This document shows, one piece after another, positions 59,452 through 64,000 of a DNA stretch of 64,000 nucleotides. This DNA is from Octopus vulgaris. Taxonomy: Eukaryota. The translations under genes and the position numbers were made by a program. Numbering within the stretch: position 1 is the first letter of the stretch; every line of letters starts with the position of its first letter. The notes beneath the pieces were generated by a model. That model worked only from the letters and a program-made list of their open reading frames with translations. It was not told the origin of the DNA and did not search any database. The stretch spans positions 102,610,001-102,674,000 of the forward strand of contig OX597821.1 in NCBI GenBank assembly GCA_951406725.2, read 5' to 3'.

Positions 59452-59882
59452 CTCTCTCTCTCTATATATATATATGTCTGTCTGTCTGTCTATCTATCTA
59501 TCTGTCTATATACATGTACATATACATACATATACATATACGTACAGCCATACATTCACGAACGCACAAACATATATCGTTGCTATTATGCAAGTGTCGT
59601 AAGTCCAAAACGTTAATTTTTCAGAAAACAAAAAGATAGTTCACTATTCCATAGCAAAACCGCTGTACTACACTTTGAGAATTTTTGATATCTTGGCATC
59701 TGAACCGGCTGGAGATACGATAGTTTGACCAAAAGAACTGACTATTGCAAGCAAAAACAAAAAAATTAAAAAACCGCATTTGGGCAAATCTGGACATACG
59801 AGAGTTTAACATAATAACAGCGATATATATTCTTTTATTCTTTTATATGTTTCAGCCTCGAGGCTGCGGCTATGCTGGAGCA

Positions 59883-59914
<32 letters not shown>

Positions 59915-60670
59915 AAATGACAAGGCATGGCAAATGGAGTCTTCAACTTTCAAATGCATTTTCTCGTATATCCACGAAATAATTGAAATTAGCACCGGAA
60001 GTCGGAACGAAGCAAATGTCTAGTTTTTCATCTCGTGACACTTTGTGGACCGTTGTTCAGTATAGATAGAGTGCTACACATATAATGCAAGGATCGTTTG
60101 ATCAGATAGAGCGACAGTTGTATGACAGACGGTAACTGAAGAGACTAGTGAACACCAGGTGTCCGTGTCAGAGTAGGGATGACGCCCATGGAATCAGGGA
60201 TACACACACACACACACACACACACAGACACAGACACAGACACACACACACACACATATATATATATGGATATATGTGTATGCATATAGGTAGATAGATG
60301 GATATAATTTGTATATGCTATGTACATATGCATATACACACATATATATATATGGGGGTGAGTGTGTGTGAGTATGTGTGTGAGTGTTTATACGTATGCC
60401 ACAAATACATAGCTATATTGGTATATATAAATATATGTGTATATATTCACGCATACATATGTATCTATATATAATATATAAATGCATATGTACGTGTATA
60501 TTTGTTATTTTCTTTTTCTCTGTGTTTTTTTTATAATTGACTATATATATATATGCATCGGATATGTGTATGCATACAGATACATGCTTGTATTTGCTTG
60601 TGTGTATGTCAATATGAATATGTATATATATATATATATATATATATGGTTACATATATATAATATATAT

Positions 60671-60704
<34 letters not shown>

Positions 60705-60705
60705 T

Positions 60706-60760
<55 letters not shown>

Positions 60761-60764
<4 letters not shown>

Positions 60765-60976
60765 AATTATAAAAATTGTAAACACAGAGAAAAAGAAAAT
60801 AACAAATAAACGTTTGGACGTGGCACAAGTAATGTATTAGTAGTAAGACGCTCAGAGAAAGAAAAGAGTAGAAGTTTTACGTTTCGAGCATATCTCTTCT
60901 TCGGAAACAGAAAGAAAGAGGAACGTCCGAGACGAAGGAGGAAAATAAATCGCCAACAATCACGTGCGGTTACATT
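60761..60976 (-). mobile_element. Diverged family A element with an inverted duplicate of its 3' end at 60499-60545
   Basis: Minus strand reads gtttCCGAAGAaGAGatatgCTCGAAACGTAaaac; the 3'-terminal ~47 bp recur inverted about 215 bp away. Confidence 0.7.
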
Positions 60977-61023
60977 TTTGAAGCAAGTAACCGGAAGTAG
61001 AAATTATATATATATATATAAAC

Positions 61024-61788
61024 ATCTGGATGTTTTGTTGTCCCGTTTTGCGTTCTTGTCCCATTTTGTATTTTATTTTATATATATATAGCGGCGTACG
61101 TACACTTTGTTCACTTATAATGTAAGTACACATTTCACTAAATCTTGTACGACTTTTTCAAATCTTTCTCCCCACTCTCTCACATTCCTTTGCCTTTCTT
61201 ACTTCACTATGTCCCTCTCTCTCTTTTTTCTAGCCACTCCTTGATTCTTCAGTTTATCTACTTCTACACACTCTCTATCGCGCTCTCTCTCTCTTCTCCC
61301 CTCCTTAATTCCTTTGCTCCCCTTTTTCTCTCTCTTCTCTTCTCACGTGACCGTTGGCCGACTGCTGACATTTGACTGGTCACTCCCACGTCGATATTCT
61401 TCCCTCTGCCGTAAGGCTTAATTTCCATACACGCCAGCTGAATTCACTTCGTTCCCAGTCGAAAGACGCCTGTTGTTATGTCCTGTTATTATTAATATTA
61501 TTGTTTTTTTATTGTATTTTGTATTTATATTCGTGTAATATCGCCTGTTTTTCTGTCCTTGTTTCGTATACATTCGTTGCTTTTTCCAAAGAATCTAATG
61601 CTCTTAGGAAAGTTTTTTCCTTGGGGCTGACCAAATTGGAGCAATCTCAAGATTAATCAGCCGAAATTGCGAGGATGATCTGGTTCTTGACTGAAGATAA
61701 AAGGCTTCGAATGATATGTCCGTTTTTATGTATCGTCTATCTGGATGTTTTGTTGTCCCGTTTTGCGTTCTTATCCCATTTTGTATTT

Positions 61789-61792
<4 letters not shown>
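61024..61792 (+). mobile_element. Family C element, diverged subfamily, partial tandem (54-bp direct repeat, period 715 bp), between (TA)n tracts
   Basis: 61024-61077 matches 61739-61792 with one mismatch. Shares GAGCAATCTCAAGATTAATCAGCCGAAATTGC...TGGTTCTTGACTGA with the 3.8-4.8 kb copy. Confidence 0.8.
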
Positions 61793-61870
<78 letters not shown>

Positions 61871-61872
<2 letters not shown>

Positions 61873-62027
61873 GCCTCTTTCAGTTTCCGTCTACCAAATC
61901 TCACAAGGTTTTGGTCGACCCGAGGCTATAGTCGAAGTCACTTACCCAAGGTACCACGCAAGTAGACTGAACCCGGAACCATGTGGTTGGTAAGCAAGCT
62001 ACTTACCACACACCCACTCCTGCGCCT
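61871..62027 (-). mobile_element. SINE S1 head
   Basis: Reverse-complement homology to the S1 head. Confidence 0.8.
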
Positions 62028-62434
62028 CCCCAAATAATAATAATAATAATGATTTCATTTAATTGCCGCAGGGGCATCAGATGAAGGGAACATTACAAAG
62101 GAAGTTTACAATTTGTGTGCGGGGTTGCATAGAGGATGAGGGGGAATACAGGAAGAGGAGTGTGAAATAAAATAAAATGATAATTGTGGTGGTAGTGGTG
62201 GTGACGATGGTGGGGATGGTGGCGATGATATTATTAAATAAATACGCGAATAAATAAATAGATAGCAGGTTACATGCGTTGGTGTGTGCGAATTAGGCAG
62301 CCATTGCTGACAGGTTCAAGCGACTGACTCCATAGAAAAAAAGGATCACTCGCTGCTTCGTTTATGCGTTTGGTTGTTGCTCTAAATGTTGGCACCGAGG
62401 TTAATTTCTATTTGCGTTAAAAGGTGGGTGTACG

Positions 62435-62526
62435 TAATAATAATAATAATGATAATAAAAATAATAAAAGTAGTAGTAATAATAATAATAATAATAAAAA
62501 TAATAATAATAATAAAGGTAATAATG

Positions 62527-62568
<42 letters not shown>

Positions 62569-62580
62569 GTAGTAGTAGTA

Positions 62581-62619
<39 letters not shown>

Positions 62620-62740
62620 GTAATAATAATAATAAAAGTAATAATAATAATAATAATAATAAAATAATAATAATAAAAGTAATAATAAAAGTAATAATAA
62701 TAATAAAAGTAATAATAATAATAAAAGTAATAATAATAAT

Positions 62741-62774
<34 letters not shown>

Positions 62775-62859
62775 GTACCAAGGCAGTGGCTCTAATAATA
62801 ATAATAATAATAATAATAATTGGAAGTAATAATAATAATAATAATATGTTTTGTCTTGG

Positions 62860-62897
<38 letters not shown>

Positions 62898-62912
62898 CAA
62901 CAATAATAATAA
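62435..62912. repeat. Interrupted (AAT)n array with recurring AAAGT variants
   Basis: Seen directly. Confidence 0.9.
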
Positions 62913-62958
62913 TTGTCAGTTGTTTGACCTTAACCAGTTGAGCATGTACTTCTTATAA

Positions 62959-63672
62959 ATAGATATACTGATATGATTGCACACCCGCAGCATAAGCAGG
63001 GTACGCGAAAGGGTGTGTGCGAGCATCAATGGAGATCGTTTGTGTGTGTGTGTGTGTGCTCACTTGTGCTCCGACGAATAATAAATATACCAACACAGGT
63101 AGACATTAAGACACATCCACACAGACACAGACACATACACAGACAGACAGACAGACAGACAGACACACACACACACAGACAGACAGACAGACACACACAC
63201 ACACGTATACACACACAGTCAAACACACGCACGCAATCATATATATACACACCCATTTGCAAGCATATGGCTGTGATGCATGTGCCTGGTGTACCTTTAT
63301 CAGACGGTACATGATGGGTATATTGGGCTTCGTATATTTTACCCCAGCATGCTCTCTCATGAGGAGGAGGAGGAGGAGGATAAGCAGAGATATATTCTAA
63401 TATATAGATATATGATATGATTGCACACCGCAGCATAAGCAGGGTATATCATGGAGATCGTTTGTGTGTGTGTGTGTGTGCTATTGTGCTCCGACGAATA
63501 ATAAATATACCAACACAAGTAGACATTAAGACACATCCACACAGACACAGACACAGACAGACAGACACACACACACACACACACAGACAGATATACATAC
63601 ACACACACGTATACACACACAGTCAAACACACGCACGCAATCATATATATACACACCCATTTGCAAGCATAT
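62959..63672 (+). repeat. Local direct duplication of ~270-310 bp (62959-63268 and 63404-63672)
   Basis: Shared unique blocks such as ttgtgctccgacgaataataaatataccaacaca and agtcaaacacacgcacgcaatcat. Confidence 0.85.
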
Positions 63673-63697
63673 ATAGACATATACATGCATGTATGAG

Positions 63698-63729
<32 letters not shown>

Positions 63730-63750
63730 GTGTGTGTGTGTGTGTGTATC

Positions 63751-63798
<48 letters not shown>

Positions 63799-64000
63799 GC
63801 TATCTATTTACATACACATATAGATACGCACATATATACACAAATATACACACATACTCACATACATATATGCGTAACGTTAAGTTGTGTTGGTATACCT
63901 AAAGCCTTTATCTATGCATTACCGTCTGGCTGTCTACATTTGCAATACACCTATGTCGGTAGATACGAATATGTATGTATGTGTGTGTGTATATATATAT

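Overview
Very AT-rich, microsatellite-saturated eukaryotic DNA. The repeat landscape (three tRNA-derived SINE families, (TA)n/(CA)n/(TATC)n/(TACA)n/(AAT)n tracts) looks like a coleoid cephalopod, probably Octopus; this is inferred from recalled repeat families, not from a search. Nearly all ORFs in the supplied track are translations of microsatellites. I see no intact protein-coding gene. The only host-gene candidate is one minus-strand exon at 51939-52119 with good splice sites and a possible start codon, so the rest of the window may be intron or intergenic. Recognisable relics are a Penelope-like GIY-YIG endonuclease fragment, R4/Dong, RTE and CR1-type LINE fragments, Tc1 and mariner fragments, and pogo/Tigger-like MITEs. 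The most notable signal is a set of about seven distinct short non-coding element families that carry type I hammerhead-ribozyme-like motifs (CUGANGA...GAAAC-palindrome-GUH). They abut (TA)n tracts, often sit in fold-back inverted repeats or head-to-tail partial tandems, and repeatedly nest inside the microsatellite of a SINE. One family shows compensatory base changes in stems I and II between copies. This fits a diverse set of non-autonomous Penelope-like pLTR or retrozyme elements; ribozyme activity is predicted from motifs only.
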